Part shown: positions 39,641 through 48,867 of the stretch, in pieces
Layout of the letters: every line of letters starts with the position of its first letter
Numbering within the stretch: position 1 is the stretch's first letter
Source of the DNA: an uncultured bacterium
Lineage (GTDB): Bacteria; Patescibacteriota; Andersenbacteria; UBA10190; CAIZMI01
Length of the DNA: 61,438 nt
Assembly (NCBI GenBank): GCA_903934015.1
Contig: CAIZMI010000003.1
Coordinates: 1 to 61,438 of the forward strand
Direction: 5' to 3'
The notes under the pieces: generated by a model
Database searches by the model: none
What the model was told of the DNA's origin: nothing
The model's input: only the letters and a program-made list of their open reading frames with translations
Made by a program: the position numbers and the translations under genes

Positions 39641-39676
39641 CCTTAAACTACTCTCCTTGGTTTTGTTTTAAAAATA

Positions 39677-41356
39677 TCAGCTTCTATCTTTTATTGTAGC
39701 CTTCACAAACCCATCAAATAACGGGTGTGGCACATTTGGTCGACTGTTGAATTCCGGATGAAATTGAGAGGCAATAAAAAACGGGTGATCGGGGATTTCA
39801 ATCATTTCCACTAGTTTATTGTCAGGTGTAGTTCCAGATATAAGTAAACCCTTTGCCTCAAGCGTTTCTCGGTAGAAATTATTGAATTCAAAGCGATGAC
39901 GATGGCGTTCTGTGATATCCTTCTTTCCGTACAATTCACGCGCCCTAGAGCCGTTTTTGAGGGTACAAGGCCAAGCACCAAGTCTCATTGTGCCACCTTT
40001 GCGATCAATTCCCTTTTGGCTTTCCATGATATGAATTACATGGTTTGTAGATTTCGGATTAAATTCCTCACTTGCCGCATCCGCAATGCAGGCAACATTT
40101 CGCGCAAATTCGATTGTTGCCAATTGCATGCCGAGACATAGGCCAAGATATGGAATATTGTTCTCACGGGCGAAACGAATAGCCGTAATCTTTCCTTCTG
40201 TACCGCGTTTTCCAAAACCCCCGGGCACAACAATCCCCGCGACCTTTTTTAACGTTGTAACCGAAAGTTTTTTCTTTTCAATTTCTTCCGCATCCACCCA
40301 AATAATTTCCAAATCACGTCCGTTGTTCCAGCAGGCCGATTTTAAGGCCTCGGTTAAACTCATGTAGGTATCTTTCATGTCAAGATACTTCCCCACTATC
40401 GCAATTTTTAATTTCGGTTTTACTTGTTTTATTGTTTTAACTAATTTTTCCCAATGACCATTATTAAATTTGGCTTTTTGTTCTATGCCAAAATGTTTTA
40501 AAATTAATTTATCAAGACCATATTTCTGCATTACAAGGGGCGCTTCATAAACAGATTCCAGTGTTGGCATGGGCACAATCGCGTCCGGGGTTACGTTGGT
40601 AAATTGAGCCAATTTGACTACCACTTTTTCCGGAATTGGGTAATCACTCCGTACGACTAAAACGTCAGGTTGAATTCCTATGTTGCGTAGATCACGAACA
40701 CTGTTTTGTGCCGGTTTTGATTTAACTTCTCCACTGGCTTCCAGATACGGTAAAAATACTAAATGGACATAGAGCACGTTTTCTCGTCCCACATCAAGGT
40801 GTAATTGACGCATGGCTTCATGAAACACAACACCCTCATAATCACCAACAGTGCCTCCAATTTCGACAATATGAATATCATAATTCACACTTTGTGCCGC
40901 CTTCCACAGCAGACTTTTTATCATGTCCGTCACTTGTGGAATAACTTGTACCGTTTTGCCTAAATATAACCCCTTACGTTCGTTCTCAATGACGGCGGCA
41001 TAAATGCGACCGGCCATTACCGAAGAATCGCGAGTGAGTTTTTCATTCAAGAAACGTTCATAGTGCCCAAGATCCAAATCTGTTTCACCACCGTCGTCTG
41101 TAACGAAACATTCCCCGTGTTCACCGGGATTAAGTGTTCCGGCATCACTATTTAAATATGGATCAAATTTTTGAATATTTACTTTAAAACCCTGCCTTTT
41201 TAGGATATTACCCATTGACGCGCACGCAATTCCCTTACCGAGACCAGACAGCACACCGCCTGTTACAACGATAATTTTTGGTTTTTTAATATCGGTCGAA
41301 GAACCGCGAGCTTTATTTTCGGCTTGCGGGTTGGTTTCTTTTGTATTTTGGGACAT
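39677..41356 (-). CDS. pyrG: CTP synthase
   Basis: VTGGVLSGLGKG, KFDPYLNSDAGT, GLCLGMQ, QFHPEF. Confidence 0.98.
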   Translation of the reverse strand: MSQNTKETNPQAENKARGSSTDIKKPKIIVVTGGVLSGLGKGIACASMGNILKRQGFKVNIQKFDPYLNSDAGTLNPGEHGECFVTDDGGETDLDLGHYERFLNEKLTRDSSVMAGRIYAAVIENERKGLYLGKTVQVIPQVTDMIKSLLWKAAQSVNYDIHIVEIGGTVGDYEGVVFHEAMRQLHLDVGRENVLYVHLVFLPYLEASGEVKSKPAQNSVRDLRNIGIQPDVLVVRSDYPIPEKVVVKLAQFTNVTPDAIVPMPTLESVYEAPLVMQKYGLDKLILKHFGIEQKAKFNNGHWEKLVKTIKQVKPKLKIAIVGKYLDMKDTYMSLTEALKSACWNNGRDLEIIWVDAEEIEKKKLSVTTLKKVAGIVVPGGFGKRGTEGKITAIRFARENNIPYLGLCLGMQLATIEFARNVACIADAASEEFNPKSTNHVIHIMESQKGIDRKGGTMRLGAWPCTLKNGSRARELYGKKDITERHRHRFEFNNFYRETLEAKGLLISGTTPDNKLVEMIEIPDHPFFIASQFHPEFNSRPNVPHPLFDGFVKATIKDRS

Positions 41357-41376
41357 TGGTTGTAGTTTAGATTTTA

Positions 41377-41850
41377 TTACTTGGTCGTTTTGTCATCTTC
41401 ACCTTCGACAACGACAATCACATCGGCTTCCAAGGCATGAGGAAATTCTAAATGGACTGGGGTTTCACCAATTTGTTTGATTGGGTTCTTTAAGCGCACT
41501 GTGCCCTTTGGCAGTGTCACATTTAGCGCCTTTTCAATTTCTACCACTATGTCTTTGGCTGAGATAGAGCCAAATACTTGTCCTTCTGGACCGACCTTTA
41601 ACCTCATGGAAATTGTTTTTCCATCTATCATATCAACATGTTTTTGAACTTCCTCTAATATCATCTTTTGTTCTTCTTTCTTTTTGGTTGCTTTTTTTTC
41701 CAATTCCTTGACTCGACCGGCGGTGGCTTGTGCCGCAAGACCGTTGGAAAATAAAAAATTACGCGCATATCCCTCACTAACCGTTACTACATCGCCGGCT
41801 TGGCCGATGCCTTTTACGTTCTCCAGTAAAACTACATTAATATCAGTCAT
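41377..41850 (-). CDS. rplI: 50S ribosomal protein bL9
   Basis: VVLLENVKGIGQAGDVVTVSEGYARNFL, VFGSI. Confidence 0.97.
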   Translation of the reverse strand: MTDINVVLLENVKGIGQAGDVVTVSEGYARNFLFSNGLAAQATAGRVKELEKKATKKKEEQKMILEEVQKHVDMIDGKTISMRLKVGPEGQVFGSISAKDIVVEIEKALNVTLPKGTVRLKNPIKQIGETPVHLEFPHALEADVIVVVEGEDDKTTK

Positions 41851-41923
41851 GGGAAAAATATAACATTATGGGCATACACAATGCAATATCTAGTCAAGAA
41901 AGAATATTTTTGTTTTATAATCC

Positions 41924-42063
41924 AAATTTTCAATGTTCAATTGCCAATTTTCAAATAATTTCCAATACTCAATTTTCAAACAACGACGTAGTTATTGAAC
42001 ATTAAAAATTGAAAATTATTTGAAAATTGCATCCGCCAGCTGGCGGATTGATAATTGAAAATT
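41924..42063. repeat. AT-rich heptamer (AATTTTC/GAAAATT) palindromic element, copy 1, carrying a micro-palindrome insert
   Basis: Aligns with the reverse complement of 52412-52537 except for ATCCGCCAGCTGGCGGAT at 42031-42048. Confidence 0.85.
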
Positions 42064-42084
42064 ATTAGCATTAATTAATACGTC

Positions 42085-43311
42085 CTAACGCGTATTACTA
42101 ATTTCCGCCTGTAACACCGCTATCGCCTTATCTAGTTGGACGTCAATTTTGTCTGTTGAATCTTCATCGGTGATAGTTATGTCCGGGGCGATTCCTTTTT
42201 CCGCTATTTCTCCCCCTTTAGGCATAAACCACTTCGCAATTGTTACGCGCAAGCTTGATCCATCGCTTAGGTTAATCATTTCTTGCACTGAGCCCTTCCC
42301 AAAAGATTTTTCACCGATAATTTTTATTCCACGAATATCACGTAATGCGCCGGCAAGAATTTCGGAGGCTGACGCAGACCCTCCATTCAACAAAACTACG
42401 GTCGGGATATTACTTAATTCACCGGGTCCTTCTGAGTAGTGAGTGACGGTTTTGTTTGGGTCTCTTGGAATTTCGCGAACAACTATCTCTCCCTCTTTGA
42501 TAAAATGTCCGGCAATTTCAACAGCGCCGAATAAAACACCTCCGGGATCATTTCGCATGTCTAGTACAATTCCCTTAACTCGTGCCTGTGTTAGTTGTTT
42601 TACAATTTGCTTAAATTTTCCCGCCGTATCTTCATGAAAAACAGAGAGACTGATAATACCAATACCATCCTTAATGTCCAAGGTTACGCTTTTTAGTTCA
42701 ATATTGTCCCGTTTTATCGTGATATCGATTGCCTTATCAAGTTTTTCGCGAATAATTTTTAATTTTACTTCCGTATTGATCGGTCCGCGAATCTTATTGG
42801 CAATTTCCGTGATTGATTCATCTTGTTTTATTGCCTTATCGTCAATACTGATAATAAAATCACCTGCTTTAATTCCTGCCTTTTCTGCCGGTGAATCTTT
42901 AAGTGGAGCGACTATTGTTACTAAATCATTTTTTATCGCTATTTCTACTCCAATACCGGAAAATTTACCACTAATTTCCTCCGCAAACTGTTTTGTTTCT
43001 TGCTTGTTGGCATACGCGGAGAAAGGGTCCCCCAATCCGGCTACTAATCCACCAATAATCCCTTCGGATATTTTTTCCTCATTTATCGTGCTGACGTATT
43101 TTTTTTGCACTATATCCCATACCTCATTAATTAATCCGCTATCGATCGATTTCGGTAAGGTTTTTGCGGATCCGTTTAATTGCTGAAACGCAGAACCGTT
43201 AATAATGTTATTCGATATTTTGTTATTATTGACTGTCGCGCCAATAAAATATGCGGCGATTACCAATAAAACATAACCAACTCGGTTGAGTTTTTGAGAA
43301 TTATTTATCAT
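42085..43311 (-). CDS. ctpA: S41 carboxy-terminal processing protease
   Basis: GDPFS, FSGIG PDZ domain, LDMRNDPGG, SASASEI, FGKGSVQ; start set at ATG 43311. Confidence 0.93.
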   Translation of the reverse strand: MINNSQKLNRVGYVLLVIAAYFIGATVNNNKISNNIINGSAFQQLNGSAKTLPKSIDSGLINEVWDIVQKKYVSTINEEKISEGIIGGLVAGLGDPFSAYANKQETKQFAEEISGKFSGIGVEIAIKNDLVTIVAPLKDSPAEKAGIKAGDFIISIDDKAIKQDESITEIANKIRGPINTEVKLKIIREKLDKAIDITIKRDNIELKSVTLDIKDGIGIISLSVFHEDTAGKFKQIVKQLTQARVKGIVLDMRNDPGGVLFGAVEIAGHFIKEGEIVVREIPRDPNKTVTHYSEGPGELSNIPTVVLLNGGSASASEILAGALRDIRGIKIIGEKSFGKGSVQEMINLSDGSSLRVTIAKWFMPKGGEIAEKGIAPDITITDEDSTDKIDVQLDKAIAVLQAEISNTR

Positions 43312-45097
43312 TAATTTTTGGCAATGTAACGGCAATGTGTAATTCCTTTAGTTGTTTTTCGGAAACTTCCGATGGTGCATTCATCATCGCGTCTTGTGCT
43401 TTGCCGTTTTTGGGAAACGCGTAAATATCGCGAATACTTATCATGTCCCAGAGGACCATCATTAGTCGATCGATACCGGGCGCGCAACCACCGTGTGGAG
43501 GGGCGCCAAATTTAAAGGCCGAAATCATTCCTCCAAAACGTTTATCTACTTCTTCATGGGAGTATCCTGCAATTTCAAAAGCTTTGTACATAATTTCTGG
43601 TTCGTGATTTCGGATGGCGCCGGAACTTATCTCAAATCCGTTTAATACAAAATCATATTGGTACGCCAAGATTTTTAGTGGATTCATTTCCACAAGAGCC
43701 TTCATGCCACCCTGTGGCATTGAGAATGGATTATGAGAAAAATCGATCTTATTTTCTTCCTTGTTAAATTCATACATTGGGAAATCGATCACCCAGCACC
43801 AGGCGGCTTTTTTAGGATCTTTAAGGCCTAGTAAATCGGCCGATGCGATTCTTACCTGCCCCAATGAACTGCATGTTTTCAACCATTCACCCGCGCCAAA
43901 GAATAATGCGTCACCATCTTTTGCGCCGACAGTTGCCACCAACTTGTTGGTAAGTTCCTCTCCCAGGTATTTATCAATTGGTGAAGCGGGTTTTCCGTCT
44001 TTTATTAAAATATATGCCAGACCGTTGGCACCGGAAGCTCTCGCTTTTTCGGTTAAGCCATCAATTTCACTGCGCGTAAACTTTGCACCGCCCGTAACAT
44101 GCAACATCTTTACGACCCCGTTATTATTTATTGCATCTGCAAACACCTTAAAACCGCATCCGGCCACCATTTCTGAAACATCTGAAATTTTCAGGTCATA
44201 TCTAAGGTCGGGCTTATCGATTCCATACGTATTCATCGCGTCATGCCAAGTAATTCGCGGAAATGGCGCTTGTAGTATGGTTTTGTCGCTAAATTCCTTA
44301 GTGAGTTCAATCATTAACGGCTCAATCATCTGGAAAACGTCTTCTTGTTCTACGAAGCTCATCTCCAAATCAAGTTGATAAAATTCGCCGGGGTGTCGGT
44401 CGGAACGCGGGTCCTCATCTCGGAAACAAGGTGCGATTTGGAAATAACGGTCAAAACCGGAGACCATTAATAATTGCTTGAATTGCTGAGGTGCCTGAGG
44501 TAAAGCATAAAATTTGCCCGGATAAAGTCGACTTGGAACCAAGAAATCACGCGCACCCTCCGGCGAGGAATTAGTCAAAATAGGTGTTTGTACCTCCGTG
44601 AAGTCGTTCTTGTGCATATATTGACGAATATATGTAATCAATTCATCACGACGCTTTAATAGATCCTGCAAACGGCGATGACGTAAATCCAAAAAACGGT
44701 ATTTGAGGCGAATTTCTTCATTCGCATTGCTCTCGCCGGCAATTTCAAATGGTAAATTTTCGCAAGTGCTTAAAATTTCCGCCGATTTTACTTCAATTTC
44801 AATTTCTCCTGTCACCAGGTTTTTATTCACCATATCAGCGGGACGCGCCGTAACTGTGCCGGAAATTTTGATTACGTATTCGTTTCTTAATTTATTGCCA
44901 AGCTCAAAAATCTCATTACCAACTTCTTGGCGAAATGTTAGTTGTGTTATACCATAGCGATCACGCAAATCAATAAAAATAACCCCGCCGTGATCACGAC
45001 GCGTATTTACCCAACCGGCTAAATTTACTGTTTCGCCGACTTGTTCTTTTCTTAACGCCCCACAATCGTGGGTTCGAATTGATGTTTTTGTGGTCAT
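43301..45097 (-). CDS. aspS: Aspartate--tRNA ligase
   Basis: RTHDCG, RRDHGGVIFIDLRD, LPQAPQQFKQLLM, GAPPHGG. Confidence 0.98.
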   Translation of the reverse strand: MTTKTSIRTHDCGALRKEQVGETVNLAGWVNTRRDHGGVIFIDLRDRYGITQLTFRQEVGNEIFELGNKLRNEYVIKISGTVTARPADMVNKNLVTGEIEIEVKSAEILSTCENLPFEIAGESNANEEIRLKYRFLDLRHRRLQDLLKRRDELITYIRQYMHKNDFTEVQTPILTNSSPEGARDFLVPSRLYPGKFYALPQAPQQFKQLLMVSGFDRYFQIAPCFRDEDPRSDRHPGEFYQLDLEMSFVEQEDVFQMIEPLMIELTKEFSDKTILQAPFPRITWHDAMNTYGIDKPDLRYDLKISDVSEMVAGCGFKVFADAINNNGVVKMLHVTGGAKFTRSEIDGLTEKARASGANGLAYILIKDGKPASPIDKYLGEELTNKLVATVGAKDGDALFFGAGEWLKTCSSLGQVRIASADLLGLKDPKKAAWCWVIDFPMYEFNKEENKIDFSHNPFSMPQGGMKALVEMNPLKILAYQYDFVLNGFEISSGAIRNHEPEIMYKAFEIAGYSHEEVDKRFGGMISAFKFGAPPHGGCAPGIDRLMMVLWDMISIRDIYAFPKNGKAQDAMMNAPSEVSEKQLKELHIAVTLPKINDK

Positions 45098-45152
45098 TGC
45101 TTCAAAGGATAGCGCAAGTTAAATGACCGCACAAGGAATATATTTATGCCTC

Positions 45153-45752
45153 AAAAAAGAAAAAACCGTACGCTGATCTCGTGAGGCTTTTTGGGATGCG
45201 GGTGTGGGTGGACACCTTTACCCTAAAGACCTCGGAGATAACGTACGGCTAGAAAAGTTCCAAAACCCATTTTAGGGAAGACGCGCCAATTTTAGGCTGA
45301 TTCCCCCTTGTTGTCTCCCGAAGGAGAACGGGGTGTTGCTTCCCTCATGATTCTGAAACTCTAATATTTAATATATCGAACAAAGTGGCACCCAGGCAAG
45401 GCACGATTCTTTCACGCGCAATCACTCGCGCGGATCCTCTAGTATTTTTAAGTGAGGCACAAGAATGGCGCAACACTTGCCTGGGTTACCACCCGCAACA
45501 GATAGACAGAAATTGTTTCTTGTCCTCTGTTGCGTCTAAAATACCATCAGATTTGATGAGGAAATCAATTTCATAAAAAGGATAATATTCCCTTTTCAAA
45601 TCCAACGGTATTTCGATATATTGTTTGAAATGAGCAATCGATATGTCCTTATTGCATCGTCAAACCCTCCTGACATGTTGGACAGTGGCGGTACTGTGGA
45701 GGGACAGCACCGCCGCCGTCAAACGCCTCTAAAAAGGCCTTTTACGAAGCAA
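45153..45752 (-). ncRNA. Candidate large structured non-coding RNA (unassigned)
   Basis: Minus-strand promoter upstream, series of long stems, C(UUCG)G tetraloop on the minus strand, final hairpin plus U-run; no credible ORF. Confidence 0.55.
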
Positions 45753-45758
45753 CATAGA

Positions 45759-45787
45759 AGCATAGTATAAGGGCCAATTATTGTCAA
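45759..45787 (-). promoter_or_regulatory. Sigma70 promoter facing the structured region
   Basis: Minus strand TTGACA, 17 nt, TATGCT. Confidence 0.6.
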
Positions 45788-45866
45788 TAGTGGTTGAATG
45801 TTGCTCATGGTTCGAGAAAATTTGTTTGTATCAGCAAAATTTTGCCGTCGTGTTGTGAACTTCGCG

Positions 45867-45902
45867 CTTTAGGTCCTACCTTTGCAAAGGTTGGACCTAA
45901 AG
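45867..45902. repeat. GGTCCGACC-family REP-like palindrome, copy 2
   Basis: CTTTAGGTCCTACCTTTGCAAAGGTTGGACCTAAAG. Confidence 0.75.
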
Positions 45903-46007
45903 ACATCACAAAAAAACGTATAACATTAAACAGTTTTGTCTGATGTTTATTAGATTCTTTTACTGTGCTTTAAACATCAATATTGATTTTAATCCTGGCA
46001 ACTTTTA

Positions 46008-47045
46008 TTAATTATGCTCTTTTCTGATTGATAGATAGATGTCTAAAAGCGCAAAAAGAAGACTAACCACTAATGGTCCAAGGACAAAGCCGAGTGGTCC
46101 AAAAAAACCAATTCCGCCCAATATGGAGAGCAAAATAATAAACGGATGAATATTGACGCCTTTTTCAATAAATTTTGGACCTAAAAAATTATCGATTAAC
46201 CCAACCGCCAATATTGCCCAAAAAAGTAACCCAACCGATGCCCATAATTGCCCCGTTAAGAAGAGAAACAATATTGCCGGCACTAAAACCATCGCGGTTC
46301 CGACTCCCGGAATGAGGGCGGATACCGCTGCTGTGCTACCCCATAGCGTTGGGTTTGGTATGCCAAAAATTGCAAAGCCAATTGAGGTTAAAATACCTTG
46401 AATCACGGCTACGACAAGTGTTCCACGCACTACCGAATTTACTGCTTGAATCAACTTTTTTGCGATTGTTTCGTCGTGTGCGTCATGAAGTGGGCTGATT
46501 GAAATTATTGCGCTCTTAAGTTTTTGTCCGTCTTTGAATGAATAATAAAGCGCTACAAGGAAAATAAATGAACTTAGAAGCAAATTTGCGATATTTGAAA
46601 ACACCGGACCCAGGTGTTGCAGTATCCAAGTTAATCCTTGTTTTAAATATTGGTTAAAATCGATATTAAGATCAATGCTAAAAGAAAAGTAATTCTTAAC
46701 AACATCAATAGTTTTCTCGGCGATAGTTGAAAGAATGGTGGTATTATTTCCTGTAACAAGGGTGGAATAAAGTCCTGATGCTTCATAGACGATATTGATT
46801 CCCACAAAAATAAGTGGTGCCACCGCTATTACCAACACGAATAAAGTTGTAATAAATGCCGCTATTCCCGCCTTATTGCGTGTGGTTCTTAGTATTGCTC
46901 GATGTACGGGAGCAAAGACAATTGCAAAAATAATCGCCAAAATTACAGCGGGGAAAAAAGGCTTAAAAATAAAGAAACTAATCGCCGTGGCAATTACAAC
47001 AAGTGCCAGTAGAAAATAGAGTTCAGATTTTTTATGCGTAGTCAT
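46008..47045 (-). CDS. AI-2E family transporter
   Basis: Multi-TM; KDG, VAVIQG, IPGVG, DNFLGP, GFVLGP. Confidence 0.92.
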   Translation of the reverse strand: MTTHKKSELYFLLALVVIATAISFFIFKPFFPAVILAIIFAIVFAPVHRAILRTTRNKAGIAAFITTLFVLVIAVAPLIFVGINIVYEASGLYSTLVTGNNTTILSTIAEKTIDVVKNYFSFSIDLNIDFNQYLKQGLTWILQHLGPVFSNIANLLLSSFIFLVALYYSFKDGQKLKSAIISISPLHDAHDETIAKKLIQAVNSVVRGTLVVAVIQGILTSIGFAIFGIPNPTLWGSTAAVSALIPGVGTAMVLVPAILFLFLTGQLWASVGLLFWAILAVGLIDNFLGPKFIEKGVNIHPFIILLSILGGIGFFGPLGFVLGPLVVSLLFALLDIYLSIRKEHN

Positions 47046-47121
47046 GTGATGTAATCTATTAGTATTTTATAGTACTTTTTAATCAAAGACAATAAGCTGA
47101 GTTGTTTTAGAAAAGCACTAA

Positions 47122-48378
47122 TCAATTATTATTAATTATTGCGCGTGCCAATATTTTTTGTTTTGCTACTAAACCAAGTGCTGGTTTTACATTTTGCTCA
47201 AATCTTTGTCTTACAACATCATCAGGAATACCTCTTTTAGTCGTGTCGCGTACCAATTTGCGTCCTAAAATAGTCGCTTCTGACGCATCCATATACCACT
47301 TAAATGGTGTGTTAATTTGCGAGAGTAAATTAAGCGCATAAACCCCGGTAATAATAATTCTTCGCTTTACCCTAACTGGTTCTTGACCAACGCGACGACT
47401 CGTTTTCATGTCATAAACAGGCGCCATAATCTCCTCACCTTCTTGTGCTTTCAGGAGAGCCTCTAAATCAGATAAAATCCTAGCCTGATCTAACGCTTTT
47501 GGCACACTAAAATTCACTTCCCCATCTTCTCTTTGTTGTAATTCTGCACCACGATAATAGCAATCGAGACTTAAATGGGTGGTTGCGTCTTCTGCAAAAT
47601 TTAACTGATCAACCATTTTATCCTTTCCTGAACCGGTTGGGCCGGCAATTATAATAAAACAACGCTGAGTGGGATTGTTCAACTCCCATGCGATAATTTC
47701 ATTTGATAATTCCGCAACCGCATTGTCTATGGATTGATAGTGTTCGGTTGGTTTACCCCCTATTCGTTCTGGATTTAATCCAACAAATTCGTTTTGTGAA
47801 TATATTCCTATTCCTCTTTGCATATTATTTGAGTCGCTACTCTTAGCACAAAGAGTAATGTGTGGTGGTGGGGCTTCGAGATTTGTACCAAGAAGAGTGT
47901 TTAGTTTTTTATAAAACTGATTCATTCCAGGTAAAATAACCATTTGTATACAAGACACTCTTTCCTCTCCAACTGTCGTCTCCGATCCTTCTGGATCTGC
48001 GACATTTTCATATTTTTTTGAAACAAAATATCGGTCTTGATCAAAAACAAAATGCCAGTCAGTGCTATCAACAAGAAAGCGAATTTCGGAAAACATTTTT
48101 TGTCTTTCCTTGTTTGATAAGCTTTCCAGTGTTTTCCTTATTTCTCCCCCATTTTTCAGCCCCAAAACAGTGATATGGAATTCGTTTTTTAACTCAAGTT
48201 CATTTGCTTTAGAAAAATCATTAATGAAATCTAAATCAACCGCATCATTATCAATTTTAAGGATTAAACTAAAAGCATTTTCATCAAAAAGTATTTGTTC
48301 CGGAATCTTATAATCTTCTTGGTCAGTTGAATCTGATTCCTGTTGAAGATAATTGTTCGGCGAATATTCAGTGGTCAT
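47122..48378 (-). CDS. 2H phosphoesterase fused to uridine-kinase-like P-loop domain
   Basis: Two HxT motifs (FHITV, PHITL); AGPTGSGK, LSLDCYY, NFSVPKALD, RKLVRD..RG; start set at ATG 48378. Confidence 0.75.
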   Translation of the reverse strand: MTTEYSPNNYLQQESDSTDQEDYKIPEQILFDENAFSLILKIDNDAVDLDFINDFSKANELELKNEFHITVLGLKNGGEIRKTLESLSNKERQKMFSEIRFLVDSTDWHFVFDQDRYFVSKKYENVADPEGSETTVGEERVSCIQMVILPGMNQFYKKLNTLLGTNLEAPPPHITLCAKSSDSNNMQRGIGIYSQNEFVGLNPERIGGKPTEHYQSIDNAVAELSNEIIAWELNNPTQRCFIIIAGPTGSGKDKMVDQLNFAEDATTHLSLDCYYRGAELQQREDGEVNFSVPKALDQARILSDLEALLKAQEGEEIMAPVYDMKTSRRVGQEPVRVKRRIIITGVYALNLLSQINTPFKWYMDASEATILGRKLVRDTTKRGIPDDVVRQRFEQNVKPALGLVAKQKILARAIINNN

Positions 48379-48465
48379 GTGTAATAGTTTATTCTGCCTA
48401 TCAGCAGTCGGCAACAATATAAATACTGGGAGTACAAATTTTCATAAAATAATTAGAGTGATGAT

Positions 48466-48758
48466 CCCACCAAGAATCGGCCTCAAAATATGCAATTTAA
48501 ATTGCATATTTCTGGCCACCGAAAAGCGGTTTCGCATCGGCGAAACAACGCTTTTCGTTCGATTCTTGATACGAGCCAATAAATTGGCTCGCTGTGGGTG
48601 CTATTTAAATATATCAAACCCGTAAAGCGAAGTTTGGTTGCTCCGAGACTCCGCGTCATTGGACGCGCAAGTCTCGGAGTTCTTCGATTCTTGTGCAAAA
48701 CGACTCAACATCCCGTTGAGTCGTTTTGTGTACATTATGTAGTTTCGCAAAGCGAAAC
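48466..48758. repeat. tRNA T-arm-derived fragments with nested palindromes downstream of tRNA-Lys
   Basis: CCCACCAAGAATCG (48466-79) duplicates the tRNA 3' segment; inverted GTTCGATTCTTG near 48557; at least six hairpins. Confidence 0.7.
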
Positions 48759-48768
48759 AAATCTCGAG

Positions 48769-48841
48769 TGCGCCCACCAAGAATCGAACTTGGAACCGTT
48801 GGCTTAAAAGGCCACTGCTCTACCAATTGAGCTATAGGCGC
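48769..48841 (-). tRNA. tRNA-Lys(UUU)
   Basis: GCGCCTA-TAGCTCAATTGGTAGAGC-A-GTGGC-CTTTTAA-GCCAA-CGGTT-CCAAG-TTCGATT-CTTGG-TGGGCGC-A; 73 nt, CCA not encoded. Confidence 0.96.
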
Positions 48842-48867
48842 ATGCTTGGTAATTATTATACTACTTG

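Noticed and set aside
43761-44378. 205-aa antisense ORF in aspS, and similar antisense ORFs in ctpA, dnaJ, dnaK and pyrG
   Set aside because: Shadow ORFs opposite well-supported genes.
45385-45576. 63-aa + strand ORF in the structured intergenic region
   Set aside because: GTG start buried in a stem, no SD and no motif; promoter and terminator point to the minus strand.
45153-45752. T-box leader for aspS, tmRNA or RNase P RNA
   Set aside because: No T-box GGTGGNACC sequence next to the terminator, no tRNA-like ends or tag ORF, and no GAGGAAAGTCC-type RNase P core seen.
48353-48807. Short ORFs overlapping the palindromes and the tRNA
   Set aside because: Artefacts of repeat and tRNA sequence.
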